A stretch of DNA of 63,447 nt, filler included, from Anaerolineae bacterium (GTDB lineage Bacteria; Chloroflexota; Anaerolineae; B4-G1; DUEL01): assembly GCA_041082215.1 (NCBI GenBank). It is 10 parts of 10 records of this genome, joined end to end, with 100 filler letters (N's around TTAATTAATTAA, not from the genome) between each part and the next. Parts side by side here need not be neighbours in the genome. Positions count along the whole stretch, not along the records: positions 41,138 to 53,711 come from JBDOIF010000080.1; 9 more parts are not named here. One strand, 5' to 3'. Numbering within the stretch: the stretch's first letter is position 1; every line of letters begins with the position of its first letter. Of the stretch, positions 42,398-51,529 are shown one piece after another. Position numbers and translations under genes: made by a program. The notes under the pieces were generated by a model. That model was not told where the DNA came from and did not search any database. It saw only the letters and a list, made by a program, of their open reading frames with translations.

Positions 42398-43837
42398 TTG
42401 CGTCCGATCGAGCTGAAGCGCCACTTCGAGCCGGAGGAAAAGGAACGGGATGAGTTCCCCCTCCTGCCTTTCCGGGTGGGGCCGGGCATTGGGAAGCTTC
42501 ACATCTCTTACGAAGTGAGCCGCGCTATCACCGCCGACAAGGCAGGCTGGGAGGAAGGGAACATCGTGGACATCGGCCTCTTCGACCCGCGCGGGGCCGG
42601 GTTCCCCGGCGGGAGGGGCTTCCGTGGCTGGAGCGGGACCAGCGTTCGCCAGATCACCGTTGGCCTTGAGGAAGCTACCCCCGGCTACCTCCCTGGCCCT
42701 ATCCAGCCCGGAACCTGGCATATCCTCCTGGGCCTCTACCAGATCGCCCCAGAGGGGTGCGATGTGCGGATCACGATCCGGCTGGAGGAAAGCTCCCCGT
42801 CCTCTCCGCTCTCCTCCTCCGTCCCCATCCCCTGTCCCTTCGACCCGGACCCCATCGCCTGCGGCCCCCGCTGGTTCCGGGGCGACCTCCACAGCCACAC
42901 CCACCATTCGGACGGGACCGGATCGCCCGCGGACCTGGCAGCGGCGGCTCGGACGCAGGGGCTGGATTTCGTGGCCGTGACCGAGCACAATACCGTCAGC
43001 CATCTGCCGTACCTCAAGGCGGCCGCGGACGGCCCGCCTCTGCTGATCCCCGGTGTGGAGATCTCCACGTACCACGGGCATGCGAACGTCTGGCCGGTGA
43101 CCGACTGGCTGGACTTCCGCATCTGGGAGGATGGCTCGATGCGCCTGATACGGGAGCTGGTCCGGGAGCAGGGTGGACTCTTCTCGGTCAACCACCCCAA
43201 AGACGACGGGCCGCCCTGGCAGTTTGGAGAGCTTTTCGACCCGGACTGCATCGAGGTCTGGGGGGGGCCCTGGTTCATCTCCAACTACCAGGCACTGGCG
43301 GTGTGGGACCGGCTTCTGCGGGAAGGGCGTCGGGTGACGGCAGTGGGTGGTTCGGACAAACACCAGCCCCCTTTCACGGGAGAGCTGGGCTGGTACGAGC
43401 TGGGCACGCCCACCACCTGGGTCTGGGCGGAGGAGCTTTCCATCCCCGCCCTTATGGAAGGAATACGGGCAGGGCGGGTCTTCATCTCCGAGGGACCGGA
43501 GGGGCCGCGGTTGGAGCTGATCGCCGAGGCGGGCAGCCGCCAGGCGACGATGGGTGAGGCGATACCGGTCACTCCCGGCAACCCGATCCGACTGATCTGC
43601 CGGGTGTGGGGCGGCGAGGGCAGCCTCCTCCGCCTGGTCTCCGCCCGGCGGGTGCTGGAGGCGGAGATCGGCGCTGAGACGTTTGTCAGGGAGTGGGAGA
43701 TCGAGGTGGAGGACGACCGGTACTTCCGTCCCGAGGTGATCGAGCCGCCGGAGGAGCCGCTGGAGAAAGAACCGGGGGCGTTGATAGCGCGGGCGCTGGG
43801 AAATCCGGTATACATAACGTCAGAAAGCAAACGTTAA
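42398..43837 (+). CDS. PHP-domain metallohydrolase (CehA/McbA family)
   Basis: GDLHSHT.HSDG, VTEHN, GVE..T..GHAN, NHP, GGSD.H. Confidence 0.88.
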   Translation: MRPIELKRHFEPEEKERDEFPLLPFRVGPGIGKLHISYEVSRAITADKAGWEEGNIVDIGLFDPRGAGFPGGRGFRGWSGTSVRQITVGLEEATPGYLPGPIQPGTWHILLGLYQIAPEGCDVRITIRLEESSPSSPLSSSVPIPCPFDPDPIACGPRWFRGDLHSHTHHSDGTGSPADLAAAARTQGLDFVAVTEHNTVSHLPYLKAAADGPPLLIPGVEISTYHGHANVWPVTDWLDFRIWEDGSMRLIRELVREQGGLFSVNHPKDDGPPWQFGELFDPDCIEVWGGPWFISNYQALAVWDRLLREGRRVTAVGGSDKHQPPFTGELGWYELGTPTTWVWAEELSIPALMEGIRAGRVFISEGPEGPRLELIAEAGSRQATMGEAIPVTPGNPIRLICRVWGGEGSLLRLVSARRVLEAEIGAETFVREWEIEVEDDRYFRPEVIEPPEEPLEKEPGALIARALGNPVYITSESKR

Positions 43838-43860
43838 ACGTCAAACGTCAGGCGTCAACG
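43816..43860. repeat. Heptamer tandem repeat (AAACGTC-like)
   Basis: aacgtcag aaagc aaacgtt aaacgtc aaacgtc aggcgtc aacg. Confidence 0.6.
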
Positions 43861-43872
43861 GGGGCAGGAAAG

Positions 43873-44157
43873 ATGGTGATCGGGGTCTGCCGGGTGAAGC
43901 TACACCTCCCCGGCAACGGCTCTCTGAAAGGGAAGCGGAGCCGACTGAAGCCGCTCCTGAACCGGTTACGGCGGGAGTTCAACCTTTCCACCGCCGAGGT
44001 GGACCTGCACGACGTGTGGCAGTCGTCGGTCATCGGCCTGGTGACCGTCTCCAACGATGCGGAGCGGGCCCACGCCGTCCTGCAACAGGCCGTCCGCTGG
44101 ATCGAGGTCCATCACCCGGACGTTCAGATCGTGGACTGGGGGGTTGAGCTGTTATAG
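43873..44157 (+). CDS. DUF503 family protein
   Basis: SLKGKRS.LK.L..RLR..FN.S.AEV..HD.WQ. Confidence 0.9.
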   Translation: MVIGVCRVKLHLPGNGSLKGKRSRLKPLLNRLRREFNLSTAEVDLHDVWQSSVIGLVTVSNDAERAHAVLQQAVRWIEVHHPDVQIVDWGVELL

Positions 44158-44619
44158 GGGCCGAAGCACACCCCGTCCTTCCGCCGACGGCCCGCTTCGC
44201 AGAGGGACCGCCCGCTCCCAGCCCACCCGGTCCTCCCCACATACGGACCAGGTCCCCTCCAGCGACCCGTCGGGGAGCACCCGGTAGGAGACGACGCCAC
44301 AGGTCCCTCCGGCATCCCACCCCACCGAGAGCACGTCTCCGGTGAGGATGCCGGTCCCCGTATAGCTTGCGCCGCCGACCTCCCATTCCAGCCAGTAGAC
44401 CTCTCCCCATTCCTCGATATAAAGGCTCCCCTCGTAGCTGCTTCCGTCCAGCCCGGTGCCGGTGACCTGGTAAGAGCCTCCAGGCCGGGCAGGGGAGGAG
44501 GGTTCCGGCAGGGAAGCCGTCGGCGCAGGCCCGATCGGGACGGGGGTCGGTTCCGAGAGCGAGCAGGCCAGCGACAGGAGGAACAGGAAAGCCAGAGCCG
44601 GGAATCCCTTATTCTTCAT
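44152..44619 (-). CDS. Hypothetical lipoprotein (small beta-barrel)
   Basis: Lipobox LSLAC, Pro-rich linker, G.Y.V.G...DGS.YEG...W...G.GI...DG.LEGTW. Confidence 0.75.
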   Translation of the reverse strand: MKNKGFPALAFLFLLSLACSLSEPTPVPIGPAPTASLPEPSSPARPGGSYQVTGTGLDGSSYEGSLYIEEWGEVYWLEWEVGGASYTGTGILTGDVLSVGWDAGGTCGVVSYRVLPDGSLEGTWSVCGEDRVGWERAVPLRSGPSAEGRGVLRPL

Positions 44620-44681
44620 ACCTTGCCTCCCTCGTTCAGTATACCGCAGGCAGGCGTCTTCGCAAGGGAATCATTGCATTG

Positions 44682-44873
44682 AGGTGTATTTCAGTCTGGG
44701 GGCGGGATGTCCCCCGCCCGGGCCGGACCTGGGGAGACACGAATGGCACGAATGGAAACGAATACCGCGAATGGGGCAGGGATCCCTCCTGTTCGCGGTA
44801 TTCGGGCCATTCGTGGGATTCGCGATCCACCGGCGGGCGAGAGGACCACTTGCCCCGAAATTGAAATACGCCC
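44682..44873. mobile_element. MITE copy 1 (~192 bp)
   Basis: TIRs AGGTGTATTTCA / TGAAATACGCCC; flanks ATTGCATTG / ATCGCAGTG (degenerate TSD); near-identical inverted copy at 55589-55781. Confidence 0.85.
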
Positions 44874-44887
44874 ATCGCAGTGGCCGC

Positions 44888-44916
44888 TTGTCCTCAGTCC
44901 CCCATTGGAGTATAAT
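44888..44916 (+). promoter_or_regulatory. Sigma70 promoter for the response regulator
   Basis: TTGTCC-N17-TATAAT. Confidence 0.6.
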
Positions 44917-45041
44917 ACGAACCATCCTGCATACTCTCAGCCGGGCTGCCTTATCGGCGGCCTCCGCTCCTGAAAGGCGATGTACCTGTGTCACCCTTTC
45001 CAACGGAGCTGTTCCCCTCCGTGCAAAGAGGAGCAAGCCGG

Positions 45042-45719
45042 ATGGAGACCCAGATACTGTTAGTCGAAGGACAACGGTCCAGGGCTCTTTCTTGCGCCCT
45101 CTGGCTGGAGAAGAAGGGCTACCAGGTCACCTGTGTCCACACCCGACGAAAGGCGAACGCCCTCCTCGAAAAAGAAATGCCCGATCTTCTGATCGTTGAC
45201 GCCCGCTTTCTTCGCTTCAACCCCTACCGCTTCTGCCAGGCGCTCCGGAGGAACGGGAACTCTGTCCCGCTCCTCCTCATCCTCCCCGAAGAGCAGGACA
45301 CCTCCGGATGCGGCGCAACCGCCGTACTCCAGGGTCAGCCCACCCCCCGCCGACTGCTCCACCGGGTCAAAAGGCTCCTGCCCGGCTCGGGTGGAGAGGT
45401 CCTGCGGGCCGGAGACCTGGCGCTGGACCTGAAACGCCGAACGGTTACGCGGGGGTTGCGAACCCACCGGCTGACGCCCAAACAGACCCATCTCCTGGAG
45501 GTCTTCATCCGCAACCAGGGCCGGGTGCTGACCCGGGCTTTCCTTATGAGAGAGGTCTGGAGCACCGACTATGTGGACGATACCCGCACGCTGGAGGTCC
45601 ACGTCCACTGGCTGCGTCAGGCCATCGAGGAAGACCCGTCCCAGCCCTTTTATCTCACTACAGTACGCGGGGTGGGCTACCGGTTCGACGTGCCCAGAGT
45701 GGACCCATCAGAGCCATAA
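45042..45719 (+). CDS. OmpR-family response regulator with atypical receiver
   Basis: C-terminal LTPK...LLE.F..N.GRV.TR..L..EVW.....DTRTL.VH..WLR..IE.DP..P....TVRGVGY; receiver degenerate. Confidence 0.9.
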   Translation: METQILLVEGQRSRALSCALWLEKKGYQVTCVHTRRKANALLEKEMPDLLIVDARFLRFNPYRFCQALRRNGNSVPLLLILPEEQDTSGCGATAVLQGQPTPRRLLHRVKRLLPGSGGEVLRAGDLALDLKRRTVTRGLRTHRLTPKQTHLLEVFIRNQGRVLTRAFLMREVWSTDYVDDTRTLEVHVHWLRQAIEEDPSQPFYLTTVRGVGYRFDVPRVDPSEP

Positions 45720-45775
45720 TCAGCCCCCCTGCCGCCACCTTCCTGACGCCTGAGGCCTCCTGCCGCAGGATTTCC

Positions 45776-45804
45776 TTGATTTCCCCCTCCGTTTATGGTA
45801 AGAT
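45776..45804 (+). promoter_or_regulatory. Sigma70 promoter for the archease operon
   Basis: TTGATT-N17-TAAGAT with extended TGn, about 10 nt upstream of the ATG. Confidence 0.6.
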
Positions 45805-45813
45805 GTCAACAGG

Positions 45814-46221
45814 ATGAACATGAAGTTTGAGGAAATCCCCCACACCGCCGACGCCGCGCTGAGAGTGTGGGGAAATGACCTGAGGGAACTGTTCATCAAC
45901 GCCGCGCACGGCCTGGCCTGGCTGATGGCCGACTCCCAGACCGTCCGCCCCGAAAAGGAGGTGGCGCTGGACCTGAGCGCGCCGGACGTGGAGACGCTGC
46001 TGGTCACCTGGCTGGGGGAACTGATTTATCTGAATGAGCGGGACGGCCTGGTCTTCATCGAGTTTGACCTGGAGGAGGTGACGCCGACCCATCTGCGGGG
46101 GACAGCGCGGGGCGGACGGCCGGGTGAAGTCCGCCGCTTCGTCAAAGCCGCCACCTTCAGCAACCTGGCCATCCGCCCCACCGAGCGCGGATTGGAGACG
46201 ACCATTACTTTTGACGTCTGA
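45814..46221 (+). CDS. Archease
   Basis: HTAD, G.DL.ELF.NAA, LLV.WL.EL.Y, VKAATF, terminal FDV. Confidence 0.93.
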   Translation: MNMKFEEIPHTADAALRVWGNDLRELFINAAHGLAWLMADSQTVRPEKEVALDLSAPDVETLLVTWLGELIYLNERDGLVFIEFDLEEVTPTHLRGTARGGRPGEVRRFVKAATFSNLAIRPTERGLETTITFDV

Positions 46222-46274
46222 ATTGCAGTTCGTCATGCATTGCTCTCTGCGTGTTCTTCAGGGCGGGGGGACAT

Positions 46275-46877
46275 ATGTCTGGACAGAGCCTGAGAGGTGC
46301 AATAAGCCCAGATGTCCCTGTAGTCATTCCGCTTTGGAGTAAACTGCCTCGCGGCGAGCGATATCGTTACATATCACAGTTCATGCACCTGAATCCAGGC
46401 GCATTACCGTCTCTGGGGGCAGTTGAATTTGGGTTGCTCATGCAATGGGTTTTTGAACAACGTGGGCTGGAAACAACAGCCGTAGTCTATGAGAGAGGAC
46501 GCCTCGACCTGGAATTATATAACGCGCGGCACGCGAGAAGCGAGTTCGCAAGAGCCTATGCCAGAGAGCAAGATATGCCAGCGGGTGTCCTGGGGGTGCT
46601 GCTCAACGATCTCAAAGGCACTCGCTTTCAGAGAATATATCTGTGCACGACAGGGACGTTCAGCCAACGATTCAAACCAATCCAATTTGCGTTTCCACTG
46701 GCCCTGAATCTGGTGGAAGGAGAAGAACTGCGTTCATATGTGCGAACAGCCCAGCAGAAGTGGCGGCAGGAAATGGACAGGCGAAGATCACGAACCGCGT
46801 ACGTCTTGCCTGAACGTAAAGGGGTATGGCGGTTAATAAAGCGAAAGGTGCTGGGTCTATTCCGAAAACGCAGGTAA
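46275..46877 (+). CDS. Hypothetical protein, degenerate Mrr-like restriction-endonuclease fold
   Basis: L...EF.LL..WVF...G....G.LDL..., IYLCTTGTFS, LNLVEGEEL resemble the Mrr_cat pattern; visibly AT-richer than the neighbours. Confidence 0.55.
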   Translation: MSGQSLRGAISPDVPVVIPLWSKLPRGERYRYISQFMHLNPGALPSLGAVEFGLLMQWVFEQRGLETTAVVYERGRLDLELYNARHARSEFARAYAREQDMPAGVLGVLLNDLKGTRFQRIYLCTTGTFSQRFKPIQFAFPLALNLVEGEELRSYVRTAQQKWRQEMDRRRSRTAYVLPERKGVWRLIKRKVLGLFRKRR

Positions 46878-47039
46878 AAGTGTGCAACCGATGAGAGAGC
46901 GGCCTGTCCTGCACCTGAACGGTGCATTTTGTCGGCGCTGTCTTCAGTGGCGTGACTGATGCGGATGTTGAGGAGCGACGGACAACAGCAGTCCTTCGTC
47001 TGCGATCCGTAGTCCGTCGTCTAATAAGGGGGTGTCGTC

Positions 47040-48491
47040 ATGGTGGAGAAGAAAGACTTCCGTCGGGTGGACAAATTCATCTGGGAACTGCCAAAAGAGA
47101 CCCGTCCGGATATGCGGGTCCCTGCCCGCATCTTCGCCACGCCGGAGATGCTGGATTCCGCCTTCCGCGACCGGACGGTGGAGCAACTGGTCAACACGGC
47201 GACGCTGCCGGGCATCCTCAAGTACGCGATGGCCATGCCCGACTTCCACGAGGGCTACGGCTTCCCCATCGGCGGCGTCGCGGCGATGGACGTCAAAACC
47301 GGCGTCATCTCTCCTGGCGGGGTTGGCTACGATATAAACTGTGGCGTCCGCCTCCTGGCCTCCCATCTGGAGAAGGAAGAGGTGGCCCCGTATCTGCGGG
47401 AGCTGACCAACGCCCTCTATCAGGCCTGCCCCAGCGGCGTGGGGGAGCCGGGGCGCATCCGCATCTCGGGCCGGGAACTGGACGAACTGGTGGTGCAGGG
47501 GGCGAAATGGGCGTTGAAGCGGGGGCAGGCACGGGAAGAGGACCTGGCTCACACCGAGGAGGAGGGCACGCTCCCCGGCGCCGACCCCAGCAAGGTGAGT
47601 GCGCGGGCCCGGGAGCGGGGCGGCGGGCAGATCGGCTCCCTGGGCGCGGGTAACCACTTCCTGGAGATTGACGTCGTGGAGGAAGTCTACGACCCGGAGG
47701 TGGCCCGCGCCTTTGGCCTGTGGGAGAACCAGGTGGTGGTTCAGATCCACTGCGGATCCCGCGGCTTCGGCCACCAGATCTGCGACGACTATGTCAAGAG
47801 CCTGCAGACCGCCGTCCAGAGGTACGGCATCTCCATCCCTGACCGGGAACTGGTCTGCGCGCCCATTGATTCCCCCGAGGGCCGGGCCTACTACGGCGCG
47901 ATGGCCTGCGCGGTCAACTATGCCTTCGTCAACCGGCAGGTCCTGGCAATAGGCGTGCGGGAGGCCTTCGAGCAGGTGCTGGCCGGGAAAGTGAGCAATT
48001 TCGACCTGTTCCAGGTTTACGACGTGGCCCACAATATCGCCAAGTTTGAGGAGCACGAGATAGACGGGAAACGAGTGCGGGTCTGCGTCCATCGCAAGGG
48101 AGCCACCCGCGCCTTCGGACCGGGCCGCCCGGAGGTCCCGAAGGCCTACCGGGACGTGGGTCAGCCGGTGCTGGTCCCCGGCTCGATGGGCACGGCGTCC
48201 TACGTCCTGGTGGGGACGGGCCGGGCAATGGAGATCGCCTTCGGCTCCACCTGCCACGGGGCCGGTCGGGTGATGAGCCGCTCCCAGGCATTGAAGAAAA
48301 TCTGGGGCGCAGATCTCAAGCGGGAACTGGAGGAGCAGGGCCTGGTCATCCGGGCCGGAAGTACGAAGGGGCTGGCGGAGGAGGCGCCGGCAGCCTACAA
48401 GGATGTCAGCCAGGTGGTGGAAGTGGTGCACGGGGCCGGGCTGGCCCGCAAGGTCGCCCGCCTCCGCCCGCTGGCAGTGATCAAGGGGTGA
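47040..48491 (+). CDS. rtcB: RNA ligase RtcB
   Basis: [56 protein letters not shown]. Confidence 0.97.
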   Translation: MVEKKDFRRVDKFIWELPKETRPDMRVPARIFATPEMLDSAFRDRTVEQLVNTATLPGILKYAMAMPDFHEGYGFPIGGVAAMDVKTGVISPGGVGYDINCGVRLLASHLEKEEVAPYLRELTNALYQACPSGVGEPGRIRISGRELDELVVQGAKWALKRGQAREEDLAHTEEEGTLPGADPSKVSARARERGGGQIGSLGAGNHFLEIDVVEEVYDPEVARAFGLWENQVVVQIHCGSRGFGHQICDDYVKSLQTAVQRYGISIPDRELVCAPIDSPEGRAYYGAMACAVNYAFVNRQVLAIGVREAFEQVLAGKVSNFDLFQVYDVAHNIAKFEEHEIDGKRVRVCVHRKGATRAFGPGRPEVPKAYRDVGQPVLVPGSMGTASYVLVGTGRAMEIAFGSTCHGAGRVMSRSQALKKIWGADLKRELEEQGLVIRAGSTKGLAEEAPAAYKDVSQVVEVVHGAGLARKVARLRPLAVIKG

Positions 48492-48520
48492 GATTTCCAG
48501 CCACAGGAAGGGGAAAAGTT

Positions 48521-48859
48521 ATGCAGGATGATTCTTACGACGAGATGCCGGATTGGCTCCGCGAGATGCGCCCCCCTATGGAGGAAGAGAGGGGAAAGGC
48601 AGCGGAACCACCGGTCGCTCCGTTCGGCCCCCTCCCCCGCCCACCTTCGGAGCGGGAGCCGGTGCTGGACGAACTGCGCGAACAGGCGTTTGGAGCCAGG
48701 TTGAGGGAAGTCACCCCCCGGTCCAGGGCGGGCCTGGGAGGGATGATCCAGGGCCTTGCCCCGTGGCAGCGGTTTGTCCTGGCCCTCCTCCTCTTCCTCG
48801 ACGTGGCTCTTCTGGGCTGCATGTGCCTGGTGATGACGGGGAGGGTGGCACCCTTCTAG
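48521..48859 (+). CDS. Hypothetical membrane protein
   Basis: Acidic/Pro-rich N-terminus (MPDWL) and a C-terminal TM (QRFVLALLLFL). Confidence 0.65.
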   Translation: MQDDSYDEMPDWLREMRPPMEEERGKAAEPPVAPFGPLPRPPSEREPVLDELREQAFGARLREVTPRSRAGLGGMIQGLAPWQRFVLALLLFLDVALLGCMCLVMTGRVAPF

Positions 48860-48880
48860 CCGCAACCCCGCTGCAACGCC

Positions 48881-49996
48881 TCAGGTCGCCCGGCGGGGGC
48901 GGAAAGCCCCCATCAGCCACGACACCTCACGGACCAGTGGGGAGGAGGGGGAACCGACCGCCAGCGGCTGACCCTGAACCAGGCTTTGAGCCTGGGCCGG
49001 ATCGAAGGGGATGGAGGCTACAATGGGCCGCTTCAGCACCCGCTGGAGCGCCTCCACAGGGGGAGAGGGGCCGGGAGCGACCTGGTTCAGGACCAGGGCA
49101 ATCCTGTCTACCAGCGGCTTGAGCACCTGAAGCGTACCCACCGTGCTCTGGATGGAGGACGGGTCGGCGGTGGTGACCAGGGCGATGAAGTCAGCCATCT
49201 CCAGCGCCGCCATCACCCCCTCCCCCAGCACCGACGGCAGGTCCACCACCACAACGCCGAATTCCTGCCGCAGGGCGGAAAGCAGACCCTGAACGGCCTG
49301 CCGGGGAAGCTCCCGACCGACGAGCGGCAGGAAAGGAGCGGCCAGGAGATGCAGGCCAGATGGGTGGGCCAGGAGGGCGCCTCGAACGGTCGCCCCATCG
49401 GGCCGGGCATCTCCCAGGAGCAGCTTTGACCAGTTCGGCTCCGGGCGAAGGCCAAGCTGAAGCGCCGCGTGGCCTGAGGAGGGGGAGAGGTCCACCAGGC
49501 AAACCCGTCCTGCATTCTGCTGGGCGAAGAGGACGGCCTGATTCACCGCCAGCGTCGTCACCCCCACCCCGCCCCGGAGGCTGAGGAAGGCCAGGGTCCC
49601 CTGGAAGGGGGCGGTTCGCTCAGCCCCCTTTCGGGCCAGCAGCCCATCCACATGCTTTAACAGCTCCGCCATCGTCACCGGCTTGGCCAGGTATTCATCG
49701 GCTCCGGCCTTCAGAGCCGCCTCCCGGTCCACCGGCTGGCCCCGAGCGGTGAGGATCAGGATCGGGATGTCGGCGGTGGAGGGGTTCTGTCGCAGCCGCC
49801 GACAGACCTCATAGCCGGTTATCCCCGGCATCATCACATCCACAACGGCCAGGTCGGGTGGATCGGCGAACGCCTTTGCCAGCCCATCCTCCCCTTCCGC
49901 GCTGAGGACAACCTTGTGCCCCCCCTTCTCCTCCAGAAACATCCGGATCATCTGCAGGAGGTCGGCGTTGTCGTCAATGACCAGAATACGGGCCAT
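48881..49996 (-). CDS. Response regulator receiver + MinD/CpaE-like ATPase domain
   Basis: Intact REC (IDD, D.MMP, LTA, KP); RGGVGVTT deviant P-loop, LVDL, VVVDLP. Confidence 0.85.
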   Translation of the reverse strand: MARILVIDDNADLLQMIRMFLEEKGGHKVVLSAEGEDGLAKAFADPPDLAVVDVMMPGITGYEVCRRLRQNPSTADIPILILTARGQPVDREAALKAGADEYLAKPVTMAELLKHVDGLLARKGAERTAPFQGTLAFLSLRGGVGVTTLAVNQAVLFAQQNAGRVCLVDLSPSSGHAALQLGLRPEPNWSKLLLGDARPDGATVRGALLAHPSGLHLLAAPFLPLVGRELPRQAVQGLLSALRQEFGVVVVDLPSVLGEGVMAALEMADFIALVTTADPSSIQSTVGTLQVLKPLVDRIALVLNQVAPGPSPPVEALQRVLKRPIVASIPFDPAQAQSLVQGQPLAVGSPSSPLVREVSWLMGAFRPRRAT

Positions 49997-50017
49997 TGTC
50001 CCACCTCCTTTCGGGGG

Positions 50018-50593
50018 CTACTCCTCCTCCGCAAGGCAGAAAGCGCCGATGTGATGCTTGTTCACCAGCACCCCCCCGCCGGTGAACACCACGTCGGGCC
50101 GGATCGAGGCCCGGACGCGCCCATCCAGGATCGGGATGAACTCCTCCGTCTCCACAGAGAGCAGGCGACGCAGGTTCACCCTCGCTGAGAGCCGCAGATA
50201 CCCCACCACCTCGAACGAAGGGACGGTCAGGAAAATCTGCTGCAGGTAGGTGCCGTAGTAGCTCCCATAGCTCTGCTTGCGGGAGAGCGCGTCGTCCCGA
50301 TGGGGCACCAGCACAAGCGTCACATTGGCCTTGGTCAGATGGGAGGAGGTATAGGTGGCGATGATCTCCCCCGGCCGGTCGAGGGGGGAGACGTAGGCGT
50401 CTTCCAGCTCAATGAAGCCGGTCATCCGGTCGTTGAGGATGTCGAACAGAGGACGCTTGCGGATGTCCACCCGCCCGGAAATCCGGTAACTGTGAAGGAA
50501 GAAATCGGCCGTCAGCCAGTTGGCGCGCAGGGCCCCTTCTGCTGCCTGGCCCTCCCCCTCCGGGCTTCCGAAGGCATCGAACCTGTCCGTCAT
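50018..50593 (-). CDS. Conserved hypothetical protein with two repeated small beta domains
   Basis: Two similar halves (YRISGRV...DILN..FIELEDA / FEVVGYL..LL...FIPILDG); ATGA-coupled to deoC. Confidence 0.65.
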   Translation of the reverse strand: MTDRFDAFGSPEGEGQAAEGALRANWLTADFFLHSYRISGRVDIRKRPLFDILNDRMTGFIELEDAYVSPLDRPGEIIATYTSSHLTKANVTLVLVPHRDDALSRKQSYGSYYGTYLQQIFLTVPSFEVVGYLRLSARVNLRRLLSVETEEFIPILDGRVRASIRPDVVFTGGGVLVNKHHIGAFCLAEEE

Positions 50594-51528
50594 CCCAACT
50601 CCCTCCGCCGTTCCTGATAGGGGCAAAGCTGGCATCGCTGCTCATAGAATGCCCGCACCTCTCCGGCCTGCTTCTCCCAGTGCCCTGAAGGACAGACCGC
50701 GCAGGGGAGGACCGTCTCCCCGAGAGCAGCCTGCGGGTCCGCCTGGATCCGCTCGAAAGTGGAGAGGATACCCAGGGGGCTGGAGGTGCCGACGCGGAAC
50801 CGGTCGGGGGTGCGGAGCTGGGGGTCGAGCGCCCCGGCGTAGAGTAGCCGCACCACGTCCATCGCCGTGCGGATGCCACCGGCCGCCTTGACCCCCATCG
50901 CTGCCCCCACCGCCTCCCGCATCAGGCGGATATGATCGGGGGTGGCGCCGAAAGCCTCCATCCCCGTAGAGTTTTTTACGAAGTGGGCGCCTGCCTCTCT
51001 GGCTATCCGACAGGCTGTGGCGATTTCCTCATCTACCAGCTCTGAGGAGCGGACGATCACCTTCACCAGCTCTCCATCCGCTGCCTCGACGATGGCCGCG
51101 ATCTCCCGGCGAGTGTAGTCGGGGTCTCGCTTGAAGCGGCCCACATTGATCACCATATCCAGCTCCACCCACCCCGGTCCCTCCCCCCGCCTTGCCCGGC
51201 TTTCCGCCACAACCCGCCCGGCCTGCCAGGCCTTCATCTCGATGGTGGACTTGCCGAGGGGGAAATCTATCACGTAACATTCCTTCACGGGGGTCCCCCG
51301 CAAAAGCCCTGGCAGGATGTCCACCTCCACAGGGTTCACACAGACCGAAGCACAGCCATACCGGGTGGCCCACTCCACGATCTGGCGGATCTGAGGCTCC
51401 TGGGTGTCGGCCTTCAGATCGGTGACGTCGAGGAAGGAAGCCAGCCGTTGGAGGGTGAGCCAGCGGACGATCTCCAGCAGCCCGTCGGGGGGGAAATCCA
51501 CCAGTGGCATCCGAAAGGCCGCTTCCAT
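50590..51528 (-). CDS. deoC: Deoxyribose-phosphate aldolase with Cys-rich C-terminal extension
   Basis: D.T.LK, ASVCVNP, VIDFPLG, ELDMVIN.G, VKVI, FVKNSTG (Schiff-base Lys), GVKAAGGIR, RVGTSS. Confidence 0.88.
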   Translation of the reverse strand: MEAAFRMPLVDFPPDGLLEIVRWLTLQRLASFLDVTDLKADTQEPQIRQIVEWATRYGCASVCVNPVEVDILPGLLRGTPVKECYVIDFPLGKSTIEMKAWQAGRVVAESRARRGEGPGWVELDMVINVGRFKRDPDYTRREIAAIVEAADGELVKVIVRSSELVDEEIATACRIAREAGAHFVKNSTGMEAFGATPDHIRLMREAVGAAMGVKAAGGIRTAMDVVRLLYAGALDPQLRTPDRFRVGTSSPLGILSTFERIQADPQAALGETVLPCAVCPSGHWEKQAGEVRAFYEQRCQLCPYQERRRELG

Positions 51529-51529
51529 C

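Noticed and set aside
43816..43860. Tandem short repeats as a CRISPR array (also 21126-21181 and 4938-5025)
   Set aside because: Units are 7-10 bp with no unique spacers, and there are no cas genes.
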